A stretch of 64,000 nt of DNA from Moniliella sp. 'wahieum' (Eukaryota), in the NCBI GenBank assembly GCA_003971905.1, contig RSEE01000105.1, forward strand, positions 124,001-188,000, written 5' to 3'. A program made the translations under genes and the position numbers. The notes beneath the pieces were generated by a model, which saw only the letters and a list, made by a program, of their open reading frames with translations, ran no database searches and was not told the DNA's origin. Positions 11,676 to 24,354 of the stretch are shown in pieces (position 1 is the stretch's first letter; every line of letters begins with the position of its first letter).

Positions 11676-12109
11676 CCTCTACACCCCGCAGTCTATACAC
11701 GTCCCCCGCGGACTCGCCTGTCTGGCTGCCTGCCCGCACAGAGAACCCAGAACCCAGTTGACCTCGCGCTGCGCGCGCTTCGCTCTCTGCTCTTTTGACG
11801 TGGGACGAATTTGGACGATACCCTAGCTCCGGACCCAGCCAACCAAAAGGGATCCTGGATATACCCGGTTTCCCTTTCCCTTTTCCCTTTCGCTTGCGCC
11901 CCCCCCACCCCCCACAACGTGATTATGTAGCAAGCAAGTAGGATGAGCAATGCGCTGTCACAGCACAATCTTTTAGCACGTAGCATCTTACGGCTTGGCG
12001 ACCGGATCAGGGACTCCAGTGTCCCGTGTGCGACCCTCTCCTCCTTTTCCAGGCCTGCGAGGAGCAGCATGGAAATCGATGCTGCGTGTCCAGTTGGTCC
12101 GCGCCACAC

Positions 12110-12550
12110 TTACTTCTGGTAGCTCCACACGTTGCGCAGGACTGCATTCCAAGCCAACAAACCGAGTCAGTACACCTGGCTGACCCACATCGGGGTGATC
12201 ACGGGGAAAAGAAAGAACGCCCGTCGCGCCCGCAAATCGCCCCGCCGCGCTCACGCCCTTTGTCCTTTGTAGGGGAGAGCGCCAAGAAAGAGAGAGTAGG
12301 AAAGAACATAGAACGTACGACCCTCCTGAGTGGCAAGACGGTTGATCGAGTCGTCACTCTCGCCCGACTTGCGGACAAAGCCCGAGATGGCAAACACCGT
12401 CGAAGCACCGGGGATCGCACGGCCCTCCTCGTCCACGTCGGCGACGGCGATCTGGACCGAAGCGTGGTCCTTGGCCTGGAGGATGCGGCCCGTGGCGGCA
12501 CACTTCCGGGGGACGTAGAGGTCCACGAGCTGGTGCTTGTCGTTTTCCAT
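12110..12550 (-). CDS. RPS21: 40S ribosomal protein S21 (eS21); intron 12142-12318
   Basis: [34 protein letters not shown]...[15 protein letters not shown] | [10 protein letters not shown]. Intron has a GTACGT donor, CTGAC branch point and CAG acceptor. Confidence 0.96.
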
Positions 12551-12720
12551 TCTGGCAGGTAAAGCGGAAGAGGTAGGGTGAGAGACGAGAGACGAGCGGC
12601 AGACGGGGCAGCGAGCCAGGTGGTGCGTTGGGCCGTCCAGGGGATGGGTGCGAGGGGGGAAATTCATTGCGCCAGTTGCGACACGCAGCTGTCAGGCACA
12701 GGGGTAGTATACGGCCCATC

Positions 12721-12760
12721 AACCCTATTTATATTTGGAAATGGCTGCGGCACGTGACGT
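12721..12760 (-). promoter_or_regulatory. RPS21 promoter: telobox, TATA and E-box
   Basis: AACCCTA at 12721, TATAAATA on the minus strand at about 12726-12733, CACGTGAC at 12751. Confidence 0.5.
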
Positions 12761-13656
12761 GCCCTCTCTGATTGGCCTTTTCTTTGGTTGTCTGCCTGAA
12801 GTCCTCAGCCCGAGGTGTCGGACTGTGCGCGCTAGCAAGGGACACGTGAGCCCGGCGGTGGGATCCGTGCACACGCATGCGGCCACGACGCTTAGAACTA
12901 CCGGGTTGGGAAGCACATCCGCACGCAGTTGGGCCACCCAGCCAAAGAGGTGGTGGGTGACGACAGGGAATGATTAATGGGGCGTAATCTAGTGATCGGT
13001 GATCGACAATCGACAATGTCATGATCAGAACGGCGTATAGCTGAAGGCACCAACTCAGTTGTCTGCCCCAGACCGATTATCGCGTCCATCCCCTTCTTTG
13101 GTAGTACACCGGCCCTGGCGCTCGGCACAGCAAGGCACCCATTGTTACGCCATGTCCCTACTTCCACATCACCTGTCTAAACCACAACAGCACACAGAAC
13201 ATGATAGCGTGGGTGGGGGGCTACATAAAAGAGTTCATTTAGTACATCCGCCCACACCCGCTACATCCCTGGTCGCGCGGCTGCTGGGTTGTGGAATGCA
13301 CCCATTTCCCATCTCTGTTCCAGGCTTTCGGGCGGCTCGAACATATGTCCAACTCCTGGCCACATCAGGTAAAAACACGGGCTTTTCCTAATGTAACTAC
13401 ATACTGCATCTCACTTTTTCAGACCGGCGCTCGTCGCCCCTTTCCTTGGTACCCTCTCTGCCCTTCTCCAAAGCAAAAGAAGAAGGAGCTGATGCCCAAA
13501 ATACGCAAAACAGACATAGATGGCGCGACATGTGATTAAGTCTCGATATGGTACACTGCGGAACCGCTGGGCGACGGATGGCTGCTGGCTGCTATGCAGT
13601 TGAGCAGCAGAGCGCGCGGGGGGGGGGGGGTATAATACGAAGCTACGCGTTCCACC

Positions 13657-14821
13657 CTAAGCGCTGTACTTGGTCCAGCCAATCGGGCTGGAGGAGCGGG
13701 ACGGGGTTGGGGTCGGGACGGAGGGAGATGCACGCGCCCGGGTCCAAAGGCGGGGGGGGAAGTGGTCGAGCGTGACGCAACTAGGTCCAGCCGGACAGAG
13801 TTGCAACACCATCTCGTGCGGGAGCACCAGTGGGCGACAGGATAACGTTGTGGGGCTCAGTGCGATCACCGTCACTGCCGGAAGACTAGGATGGACTAAG
13901 GGTCCCCGCCCCCACTGCTTCTTCGTCCGACGCCAGTCCGACCCGGACCCCGCACGCGTGAAAGTGCGTGACCAAGCGCCCGTTGGCATAGAGCGTTATC
14001 CTGCCGGCCCGCCGACCTGTCCTGCCCCCCCCGCGGGACGCAAGCGCACAACATTCGATCGTCACGCCTCGTACGAGCGGGAAGGTGGTGTGCGGGGCAG
14101 TGGAGAGCGTGGCCTGCGTCCGCCGTCGAAAGGGGAAGAAGGTTGTGCCAGACTGATGCAGCAGGGGGAGGAGGGAGGTAGGCCAGTGGCCCTTGGGTGG
14201 CAAGGTAAGGATGGGTGGGACGGAGGCGGGGAAAAGATGCAATGCCCGGCCCAGAGCGCCGGGCAGGACACACCACTTCCACTTCCACCTCTGTCTCCAC
14301 CTCGGTCCCCTTGACATAGGCCTCTGTCCGGCTAGCTATCCCCGCATCCGTACGCGCGTCGGGCGGGAGGAAGAGAGTTGGTACCTGTTCCTATGCAGCT
14401 CGTCTACCACTTCTCGTACTTGCTCCGCCCGCTTGCCCCCGCGCGGAGGCACAACCAACACCCGACGGACCGGACAGCGCACACGTACCCGCCTCGTCTT
14501 GCCACCGCCGACGGGATACGGCGAGAGCGTACTCCCTCGCCAGGATTGTGCCCGTGTGGGACACAGGGCATACCGACGCACAGCTGTAGCACTGGGTGGG
14601 GTCGAGGGGGCGTGGGGCTGGCTGAGGAGGGGTGGGGGGAGAGGCGCATTGCGGTGGTGTGGGAGTGGGAGCGGGGGGCTGGACGGCGAGCCACCGTTGG
14701 TCCTGGCGGGGGGGACGGGGGACTGGGGTAAGAGCGCGAGCGGATGGAGGCTGTGGTGGGCTATGTGGAAGGAGAGGAGAAGGTGTGGTGCCGAAGGTGG
14801 AGGAGCAGCTGCGTTGTCCAT
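13657..14821 (-). CDS. Hypothetical Pro-rich protein (uncertain)
   Basis: Chain of overlapping minus-strand ORFs starting MDNAAAPPPS. No recognisable domain. Confidence 0.22.
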
Positions 14822-15513
14822 GCCCTGATCAACTGATTAGCGTGAGTTGGTGGTGATGATTGCGTCATGATTAAGATTATCGATGATCCATTTAGCCGCA
14901 CGTCGCAAGTGGGCTCAGGCTCAGGCCTCCGCGGGGCTCAGCCTCTCAGCAAGGCTCGTGCTGAGACCGAGACGCTGAGGCAGGTTGTGCTCTTGTGTTT
15001 GTGCTCAGACCAGGGCCTCAGATCGATCAGACCTCAGATCTCCGGTGTAACTGATGTAAATCATGGGACGTGTAGACGCAGCGAGTTGGAAGCGGCAGTG
15101 GCCTCGCGTGCGCTCGACTAGTACCTCCACTACCTCGGTATCCATCCGTCACACCCATTCTCTCTCTTGGGTCGTGCTATCCAACTCTCTTTTCATGATT
15201 CTTGTCTCGCGTCTCCCCCCCCCACCGCTTGTTCCTCCCACATCTCTTTCTGCACGTGCGCCTCCTCCTGGGGGTGCCATATATCTTAGGTTACTGAGCC
15301 GTGCGCTCGCAATCTTCCCCTCGGACGACGTGTGTGTGGTGCCGCCGTGGCTAGTGAGGAGTGACAGTGAGGAGTGGTAGTGAGGAGGAGGCAGTGACGA
15401 GTGGCAGCAACGAGGCCAGCGAGTTGCACGAGCCCATGGAGCAGGGGCATGCCTGGCATACCTGACTTGCACCCCCGGCGATCCATGATCGATCCACGAC
15501 GCCGGGCACCCGA

Positions 15514-15645
15514 TCACGTGGCACGCGGAGTGCGAGCCGGACCAACCCTACGCACTAGGTTTATTGCGGAATGGACCAAAATTGACGCTGTCCCGCACCC
15601 GGGCCCTGTGGGGGACAGGTGTGGGGGTGTAGCCTGTGTAGGGTT
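15514..15645 (+). promoter_or_regulatory. RPS4 promoter: E-box and teloboxes
   Basis: TCACGTG at 15514, AACCCTA at 15544, TAGGGTT at 15639. Confidence 0.45.
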
Positions 15646-15808
15646 GGGCCCACCACGCTGGAGCGCGTGGGCTGCTAGCTCGGTGCGGCGGCCTGGGCTC
15701 TGCGTCGTCACCCCAACTCTTTCCCAAGCAAGCAAGGTACGTGCTTGGGTGCGGCGGTGCGGCAGGTGCGGGTGGGTGGAACGGCGAGCTGACAGGCGTG
15801 CTGGGCAG

Positions 15809-16598
15809 ATGGTCCGTGGTCCTCGCAAGCATCTCAAGCGGCTCGCAGCGCCGTCGGCTGGATGCTGGACAAGCTGGGTGGGGTGTACGCGCCGCGGCCC
15901 AGCACGGGTCCGCACAAGTTGCGCGAGAGTTTGCCGATGGTGGTGTTGCTGCGGAACCGGTTGAAGTATGCGCTGAATGGGCGGGAAGTCAACACGAGGT
16001 GCAGCAACGCCTGATCAAGGTGGAAACAAGGTGCGCACCGACATTACCTTCCCCACGGGCTTTATGGACGTGATTAGTATGAAAAGTCGGGCGAGTACTT
16101 CCGTATCCTCTACGACGTCAAGGGCCGCTTTGTCGTCCACCGCATCACGCAGCCGAAGAAGCAAGTTACAAGTTGCTCAAGGTGAAGCGCGCTGAGCTCG
16201 GCCCGCGCGGCGTGCCCCACATTGTCACCCACGACGGCGTACCATCCGCTACCCCGACCCTGAAGTCAAGGCTGGCGACTCGATCAAGTTCAACTTGGTC
16301 GAGAACAAGTTGGAGGAGGGGTGGTCAAGTTCCAGCAGGGCGCTTCGGTCATTGCCACGGGCGGTCGTAACCAGGGCCGTGGGTGGCGTGATTGTCGGCC
16401 GTGACTCGCACCTGGTGGATTTGACATTGTGCATGTGCGCGACCCATTGGCCGCGAATTCTCCACCAGTATCGGTAACATTTTGTTACGGCACCGATGGC
16501 CAGCACTGGATTTCCCTCCCGCGCGGGGTGGCATCAAGCTCACCATCACTGAGGAGCGCGACCAGCGCCGCGCCCAGCGCGAGGCGGCGGCCAACTAA
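15809..16598 (+). CDS. RPS4: 40S ribosomal protein S4 (eS4), many assembly frameshifts
   Basis: [57 protein letters not shown]...[12 protein letters not shown]...[10 protein letters not shown]...[17 protein letters not shown]...*. Confidence 0.95.
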
Positions 16599-17229
16599 GT
16601 GCCTGCCTGCTTTCTTTCCTTGCCTTGGGGGGCGTGTGCGGGGCAGCGTCCGCCGGGCAGAGGTAGGATAGGGAATGGGAATTGGGAGGGGGGGACGTTA
16701 CCTTGGTTCCGTTTTTGTCCGAATTGGTGCGGGCAAGAGCGGGAATCGAGGTGCACTCTTGCTTGCCTTGTTTGCGGTCTTCCCCTTTTGTCCTCTGTTC
16801 CTTACTGATGGGAGCGGTAAAAAAACCCTTGGATTCTTGGTGCTTGTTTGGTTCTGTGTACATCTACCTTTCCCGCTGTCCTGCCCGCCCTCCGTCCCCT
16901 CCCCCGCTCCATTTGACTCCTGGCCCGACCATAGGCCACACCCCAATAAAGAAACAAAGCCCTCATGCCTGCCGACGTGTGCTGCCGTGCTCGCTCCCCA
17001 TCTATGTTGTGCAATGAGCGTTCCGGACGAATAGAATCCCCCCCCTTCTTCGTAGGCGAACATGGCCCTTGACTGGGCCGGACCAGTTCGCGCTTCAGTG
17101 CCTCGGGACGCACACATGATGATAATGGAGACACGGTTAGATTGAGATGGCATGGCAGATGATGCATGATGCATGATCGATCATTGCAACGGCTATGAAC
17201 ATGTGGGACCGTTGAACATTGTCGACGGT

Positions 17230-18129
17230 TCACGTCGATTTGGTGGGTGGAGCAGGTGGCTCTCGTGGTCAGGGCGGGCTTGTGGTCGGCCGTGTTCTTC
17301 TCTGATTGGGGTTGCGTTTGGGATTCCGGGCTGGGGGAGGTATCGTGGGTGTGGGACTTGTGTTTTTCAGCCAAAGCAGCGGCCTGTTGATGCGCTTTGG
17401 TCCCGGCCTGCTCCACGCCATGCTCGACGGCATCGACAGCGGCGGTGGCAGCGCCGTTGGCCAAGTCGGAGAGTTGGTACCAAAAGTTACCCTTGTGCGC
17501 GCTAGCGCCGTGCGACTCGCCCTTCTCGGCGGTGTGCGCAGACTCGGAGGGAGGATCGGACGTCGCTGGCTCCGTGGGCGGCTTCGTCGCGGAGCTGGGG
17601 GGTCGGTGGCGCTCGAGGACATTAGGCGCAGAGGCGGGCTGGTCGTGCGTGGTAATGGGGGGTTGGACGTTGAGGTCTCAAGCGCGATACCGTGGAGGGG
17701 CACAGGAAGCACGTGTGATTCAAGGACAAGGAACGTACTGCTGTAGAGGGGGGGCAGGCACAGGCAGAGGCGCAACCGGCTGTCGGGAGCGCTGGCAGAT
17801 CGAAGGGAAACGAGGTTGGCTCCGCCTGGGGTTGGGTGGTGGTTGGTGTTGAGAGGCAGGTGCGGTGGGCGCAAGCGCTGCTGGGCCCTCTACGCTTCAA
17901 GCTTCACGTTGCGTGGCGTGCTGACGGATGGGTTAGGGGGGCCAGACGGGCTGCGCATGGCGCTAGCCTGCTCCTCCTGTCTCCTATCGACTATCCCCAT
18001 CCCCCTCCTCGCTCCCACCGCCACACGGGCCGTGCGCGGGTGGTGAGTCAGCCATGCGGCGTTGTGGCTGGCCTGCTGTTGCGTGCCGTGTCCATCATGC
18101 GGCCTGTCTGATGTAAGTGGGATGAGCAT
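17230..18129 (-). CDS. Hypothetical small hydrophilic protein, divergent from INO80
   Basis: Coding-like frame ...KGNFWYQLSDLANGAATAAVDAVEHGVEQAGTKAHQQAAALAEKHK... with a GTACGT donor near 17738. Boundaries are uncertain. Confidence 0.33.
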
Positions 18130-18738
18130 GAACCCATCATCCTCATCGGCAGGAAGAGTGAGTGCGGCCCCAGCGCCTCAGCCTGAGGACGCAGTCTGAG
18201 GACGCAGTCTGAAGACTCAGCCTCAGACGGTCAGCAGACGACGCCAGCGCTGAGGCTGCGCTCGCCTAAAGGCGTAAAAAACGGGACCGGCTGGGATTCG
18301 AACCGGGGCGAGGGGGTGCACGTGTGACAGTCAGCACGTGACTGGGGTGTGACATGTGACAGGCGACGCGAAGGGCAGCGAAGGAATGCGCTCAGGTAAT
18401 CCATCCGATTGGACGCCAGCCGACGTGGAGGAGCATGCACGGGGGAGGATGCGTGCATGCCGGCGCCCCCGCCCCCGCCGCTGACCTCAGCCAGCCACAC
18501 CAGGCGGACCACCGTCGCCATCGCCACCGCCACGCCTCCATTGCCATTTCCTGCCATCCCGCCACCACCATCCTCACCGCCATCCCCACCGTCACCCCCC
18601 CCATCCCTCCCCCCCTCAGCATTCACCCCCCCTCGCCCCCCCCCGCCCCCCCTGCCCTTGCCTTTCTCCTCCTGCCGCTGACCCCCTCCCCCTCCATCCC
18701 CCCCGCCCCCCCCCCGTTCGCCCGCCCCCCCTCTCCTC

Positions 18739-21700
18739 ATGGCATCGCGTCCCTGCTCAACGACCGCCCGCCGTCCCCCCCCAAGCGCAGCGCACCCTAC
18801 TCGCCCTCCCCCGCCTCCCACCCCGCCACGCGTCCTGCCCCCTGCCCCACCCCCCTCGCCCACCAGCCCTCCTCTGCCGAGCCCCCCTCTGCCGAGCCCA
18901 CGCCCGCCGAGCCCGAGCCCGAGCCTGAGCCTGAGCCCGACCAGACCCTGCCCGACCAGACCATGCCCGACCAGACCAATCCCGACCAGCCACCCCCGAG
19001 TCCAAGCCGGCGCCCCGACTGCGCTTGACGCGCAAGAGTCGCCCCTCCCACAAGGCCGACCGGCCCAAGCCCAGCGAGCCCCGTCGGCCAAGGCGCCCAA
19101 AGAAACCAAGCCCAAGGCGGAAAAGGCCAAGGCAGACAAGTCCAAGAGTGACAAGTCCAAGAGTGACAAGTCCAAGAGTGACAAGTCCAAGGCGGACAAG
19201 TCCAAGCAAGCTGGCGACAAGACCGCGGACGCGGCTGCTGCCCTGCCGCGGCTCCGTCCAAGCGCTCGCACAAGCGCCGCGTCGAGGACGGTCCTGAAGA
19301 CAAGCGCAAACGCGCCCGCACCGAGGAAGAGCCCGACCTGGAGGCGCCCGAGAACGTGGCGTTGTGGGCGCCCGCGTTGGAACGCTACCGTTCCCAGGCC
19401 TACCTTCGTCGCGATGCTGTCGATGCGGCGTATGGGATGCTAGAGGACGAAGGGGACGAGCGGACGTTGTCGGCGCTGGCAGCGGCGTACACGACGCGAT
19501 ACAAGGCGGTGGTCCGGCAGGCCGAGCGTCGTCTCCGTGCCGAGCGGGCCAAGCAACAAGAAGCACGCCAGCAACGAGAGCGTCGTCGTGCCCGTCGTCG
19601 CAAGGAAGAGGAACGAGAGCATGCGGACCGAGTCGCGCGCCAGGCCAAGGCTCGTCGTCAGCAGCGAGAACAACAGATTGACCAAGAAATTTGGGAAACG
19701 CTCCATCCGCCTCCGCGCGCCCCTGTGCGGGAGGAAGAGTCGGACGATGACGCGCCCCTCGCCTCGCGTTTCTTCTCGGTCGATTCGCCCCGCTTGACCA
19801 AGAGCAAGCAAAGGGAGGAAGAAGTGTTTGTGCCGAGCGGCTTGGCCACCCCGAGGAGGAGCCCACCTACGACCAGGACGGGTACCGGATCCTCACCTCG
19901 GCCCGTGCTGCCGCCCTCGACGCGTCGCACCGCAAGATTTGGACCGGCTCGCGAAGCGGGACGTGCCGAAAATGTTGCGCGTGGTGCAGATGGGCCAAGC
20001 GAACCGGTCGGCGTATTGGCGTCGAATCAGCGTCGTGGTGCAGCGGGAGGCAAAGCGGGTCGCCAAGCAAGCCAAGACAGTCAAGGACGTTCAGACGCGC
20101 GGCCGGCGTGCGATGCGCGAAGTGTTGCTCTTCTGGCGTAAAAACGAGAAGGAGGAACGAGAACTTCGCAAGGCCGCCGAGAAGGCCGCGGCAGAGAAGG
20201 CACGTCAAGATGAGGAACGAAGGGAGGCTCAGCGCCAGGCGCGCAAACTTAACTTCCTCATCACTCAGACCGAACTTTACTCCCACTTTGTCGGATCCAA
20301 GCTCAAGACGGAGCAGTCGGAGCAATCTGCCGACACGACCTCTGTTGCCGCCCCCCGTCTTCTTCCCGCCCTCATCACACGAACTGCCCCCTTCGGGCGA
20401 GGCGAGTTGGAAGCGATTGATTTTGACGAGGAGGACGAGACGAACCTACGAGCGCATGCGGCTCGCAATGCGCAAGCCGCCGTGACGGCGGCGAAAGAAA
20501 AAGCGCAAGCGTTTGATCACCAGGCAGCGCAAGAGCGCCGTGCCCACGAGGCAGCCGGAGCAGCGTCAGCTTCTGGCCAGGGCGAGGCGAGCAAGCAGCT
20601 GGACGATTTGAACTTTATGGACCCGTCAGGCATGGGCGAGGTGACAGTGGCGCAACCCAAGATGCTCACCTGCGAACTGAAGGAGTACCAGCTCAAAGGG
20701 CTCAATTGGCTCGCCAACTTGTACGAGCAGGGCATCAATGGTATCTTGGCCGACGAGATGGGCTTGGGCAAGACGGTGCAAAGCATCAGCCTGATGGCCT
20801 ACCTTGCTGAAGTGCACGACATTTGGGGACCTTTCCTCGTCATCTCTCCTTCCTCGACCTTGCACAATTGGCAGCAGGAGATCACCAAGTTTGTGCCCCA
20901 GCTCAAGGTGCTTCCCTACTGGGGCAGCGTCAAGGACCGTACCGTGCTCCGCAAGTTTTTCAGCAAGAACTCCATTTACACCCGCGACGCCCCTTTTCAC
21001 GTCTTGGTCACCTCCTACCAACTGGCCGTGTCGGATGAGAAGTACCTCAACCGGGTCAAGTGGCAGTACATGGTTCTGGACGAAGCGCAAGCCATCAAGT
21101 CCTCCTCGTCGGCGCGGTGGAAGACGTTGCTGGGGTTCAACTGCCGCAACCGCTTGTTGCTGACGGGCACGCCCGTGCAGAACAGCATGCAAGAGCTTTG
21201 GGCGTTGCTTCACTTTATCATGCCCTCGCTCTTTGACAATCACGACGAGTTTTCTGAATGGTTCTCGCGTGACATTGAGGCCAATGCGGAAAACAAGGGT
21301 GCGCTCAACGAGCACCAGCTCCACCGTCTCCACATGATCCTCAAGCCGTTCATGCTGCGTCGTGTCAAGAAGAATGTGCAGAACCAGCTCGGGGAGAAGG
21401 TGGAGGTGGACCTGTTGTGCGACATGTCCACGCGGCAACGGCAGATGTACAATGCGCTCAAGGAGCGCGTGTCCATCACTGAACTCGTCCGTGCCGGCGC
21501 GGCAGATTCGGACCAAGGTCTGAAGAGCTTGATGAACTTGGTCATGCAGTTCCGCAAGGTGTGCAACCACCCGGAGCTATTTGAGCGTGCGGACGTACGC
21601 ACTCCGTTCGCCTTTGCGCAGGTGCCCCACTCGGCCCAATCCTTGGCGCGCGAAGGCGATTCGCTCGACTTGTCCTTTTCCGCACGCAATCCCATCTCGC

Positions 21701-23614
21701 TCTCGCTGCCGCGCTTGTTGCTCGACTCGCTGCCGACGGTGGCAGGGTGGAACAACCGGCACGGATTTGACACGCGGTACCGCGACACACTGCTAAATGT
21801 TTGGCGCCAGCCGAACCTTGTGGAAAACAAGGACGTGATGAGCAGCTTGGCGTGGGCGGGCCTGAGTGCGGTCGATGCTGAAGCGGCATTCCATGCTCCA
21901 ATGGCTTCCGCCTTCTTGGCCGCTCGCACGCGCGAAGCCCACTGGGACCAGTACGGCACACTTCTGCTCGATCGGGACTTTATTGCGGCGCATGCGCCGC
22001 GGCCACAGGGACGCGTGACCACGCCTTTGCCCTACTCGGGCTCTGACGCATGGTCCAACCCTGTGCTGCAAGACGCTGGCTTGCCTCCGCTCGACCAAAT
22101 CTCCGCCCTTGCCGCACAACTGCACCCGTTCGCCAGCCCGCACAAGCGCGTGATTGTTCCCGCTGCCATTGCGCCACCGGTGGAGGTAGTGGCATCAGAT
22201 GCGCACCTCAAGTTGTCCCTTCCCAGTGTGGATGGGCTGGACGCTCTTTCGCATACTGTGCTGTACGGTCTGCCGCCGCCCGTGGTGGACGATGCGCGTG
22301 CGCTGGCCCATGTGCGCGGGGAAACGGGACTGTTTGCCCCCCTACCACCATCGTACCCTGGCACAGCTGCGTTATCTCGCCGTCTGCCGTCTCTGGCGCC
22401 AAGGGGTTGTGGGGCAGCACCCCGGCCGCGTCGTTGCCCAGCTCGGGGGTACAGATGCCGTCGATGGAACGGCTGATCCACGATTCGTCCAAGTTGGCCC
22501 GGTTGGACCAACTCTTACGCCAGCTCAAGGCGGGCGGGCACCGTGTCCTGATTTATTTCCAAATGACCCGCATGATCGATCTCATGGAAGAGTACCTCGT
22601 CTCGCGCCAGTACAAGTACCTCCGCCTCGATGGCGCGTCCAAGATCTCGGATCGTAGGGATATGGTCATGGACTGGCAAACTAAGTACGTACCCTACCAC
22701 TCACTCTCCTTTGCTCTTACCTTCTCTTCCCGGCCTTTCTCTCTAGCCCCGACATCTAACTAACTGTATTTTTTGTTATTTGTTTTTTTTGTTTTTTGTT
22801 TGCTTGGTTCCAGGCCCGAGCTGTTCATCTTTCTCTCTCCACGCGTGCGGGCGGGCTGGGCATCACGTTGACTGCGGCAGATACGGTGATCCTGTACGAG
22901 AGCGACTGGAACCCGTCAAACGACAGCCAGGCCATGGACCGTGCGCACCGGCTTGGCCAGACGAAACAAGTGACGGTCTACCGTCTGATCACTAAGGGTA
23001 CGATTGACGAGCGAATTGTCAAGTTGGCTCGGAGCAAGAAGGCGGTGCAGGATATGGTGGTGGGCAGTCACCCTGCGCCTGGGACCGGTGCTTCGTCCAG
23101 TGGCGATGCGCCCGGCGGGCAGGACATTGTCAATTTGCTCTTGGACGACGACGAGATGGCACAGGCCATGGCACGTCGTAAACAAGATGCTGGTGCATCT
23201 TTGGCCACCACCACGACCACGACCAGTTCCAGTTCCCCACGTGCCTCTTCCTCCACCCCAACGGACCAACCGGTCTCGCACCGCGACAGTGTGCGCGCTA
23301 AGAAACGCGCGTTGAAAGCGTCTGCCTCCGCATCTGTACCGGCCGCTCCGGCACCCGATCTCTGGGCCCTCGACGAAGACGAAGACGATTTCTTGGTGCC
23401 AAACCGCCGCCGCCGGCCGTGGAGCCTACGCCGCCCACTTCCACGACCAAACGGTCAGGGAAAAGGCTACCAAAGCAACTACTACACCCACTGCGCCCGC
23501 GCCAAAAAGGCCCCGCCGAAAAAGAAACGCTTGTCGAAATCGTCCCCGTTGGCCAAACCCTCGGAACCTTCCACCTCCGCATCCAGCCCCGTGAGCACAG
23601 AGCGAGAGCTCTGA
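18739..23614 (+). CDS. INO80: Chromatin-remodelling ATPase INO80; intron 22685-22813
   Basis: DBINO segment ([14 protein letters not shown]...[19 protein letters not shown]), SNF2 motifs [21 protein letters not shown] and [19 protein letters not shown], split-ATPase insertion, HELICc [18 protein letters not shown]...[11 protein letters not shown]. Confidence 0.96.
19135..19206 (+). repeat. 15-bp coding tandem repeat (GACAAGTCCAAGAGT) encoding DKSKS x4-5
   Basis: gacaagtccaagagt x3 plus gacaagtccaaggcg and gacaagtccaag in the INO80 N-terminus. Confidence 0.85.
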
Positions 23615-24220
23615 GCGTGCTAGCACACTCGGCTGGGACGCGAGCGGGGGGAGAGAGCGAGGTGGTACCCAGGTGGCAAGCCAACAGTCGTGGCGCGGAG
23701 TGCGGGGAAGACACAGGGGGCTACTCGATCGGATGCATGGCTGTTTTGCTTTGGGATGGATTCATGAGGAGAAGGAGGAGGAGGGGGGGTTGTGTTCCCG
23801 CACCGACTGAGCAAGGCAGACTTGTACGTACTAGTAGGACTGTGCGTTTGTTTCTTCGCAAGTAGGCAGGACAGGAGCGCTGAGCGAGCCGAGCCAGCGC
23901 CCGTCGCGTTCAATTCGTTCAATGGGATGAGGGTAGGGATGCACGCGAGAGGAGTGGCTAGGGCGAGTGACGAGGGGTCGGTGGGTGGAGGGGCGGGCGT
24001 GCAAGGCTGTGGAGCTCTCTGCTGCTACGGGGCTACAGGTTGCAGGTTAAGTATTGAAGGCTAGCACTACCGTGTGCGCAACCAGTCTGCCAGGCCGCTG
24101 TTCCTGTTACAGATTCCGTGGTACGGTGCACACACAAATTAGATCGATCGATTCAGAGGGCATAGGCTGATTATCGAGATGATCGGGCACGAGAAGGGGA
24201 GTGGCAGTGGCAGTGGCCGC

Positions 24221-24289
24221 GCAGAGCAGAGCAGAGCAGAGCAGAGCAGAGCAAGCGAGCAGAGCAAGTCAAGCAGAGCAGAGCAGAGC
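24221..24289 (+). repeat. (GCAGA)n pentanucleotide microsatellite
   Basis: Interrupted runs of gcaga in the KGD1 3' region. Confidence 0.85.
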
Positions 24290-24354
24290 AAACAGCGATC
24301 CAAAAGCAAGAGCAAAAGGGAAGACGACCAAAGCCAGCAAGCAGGTGCCAATGA

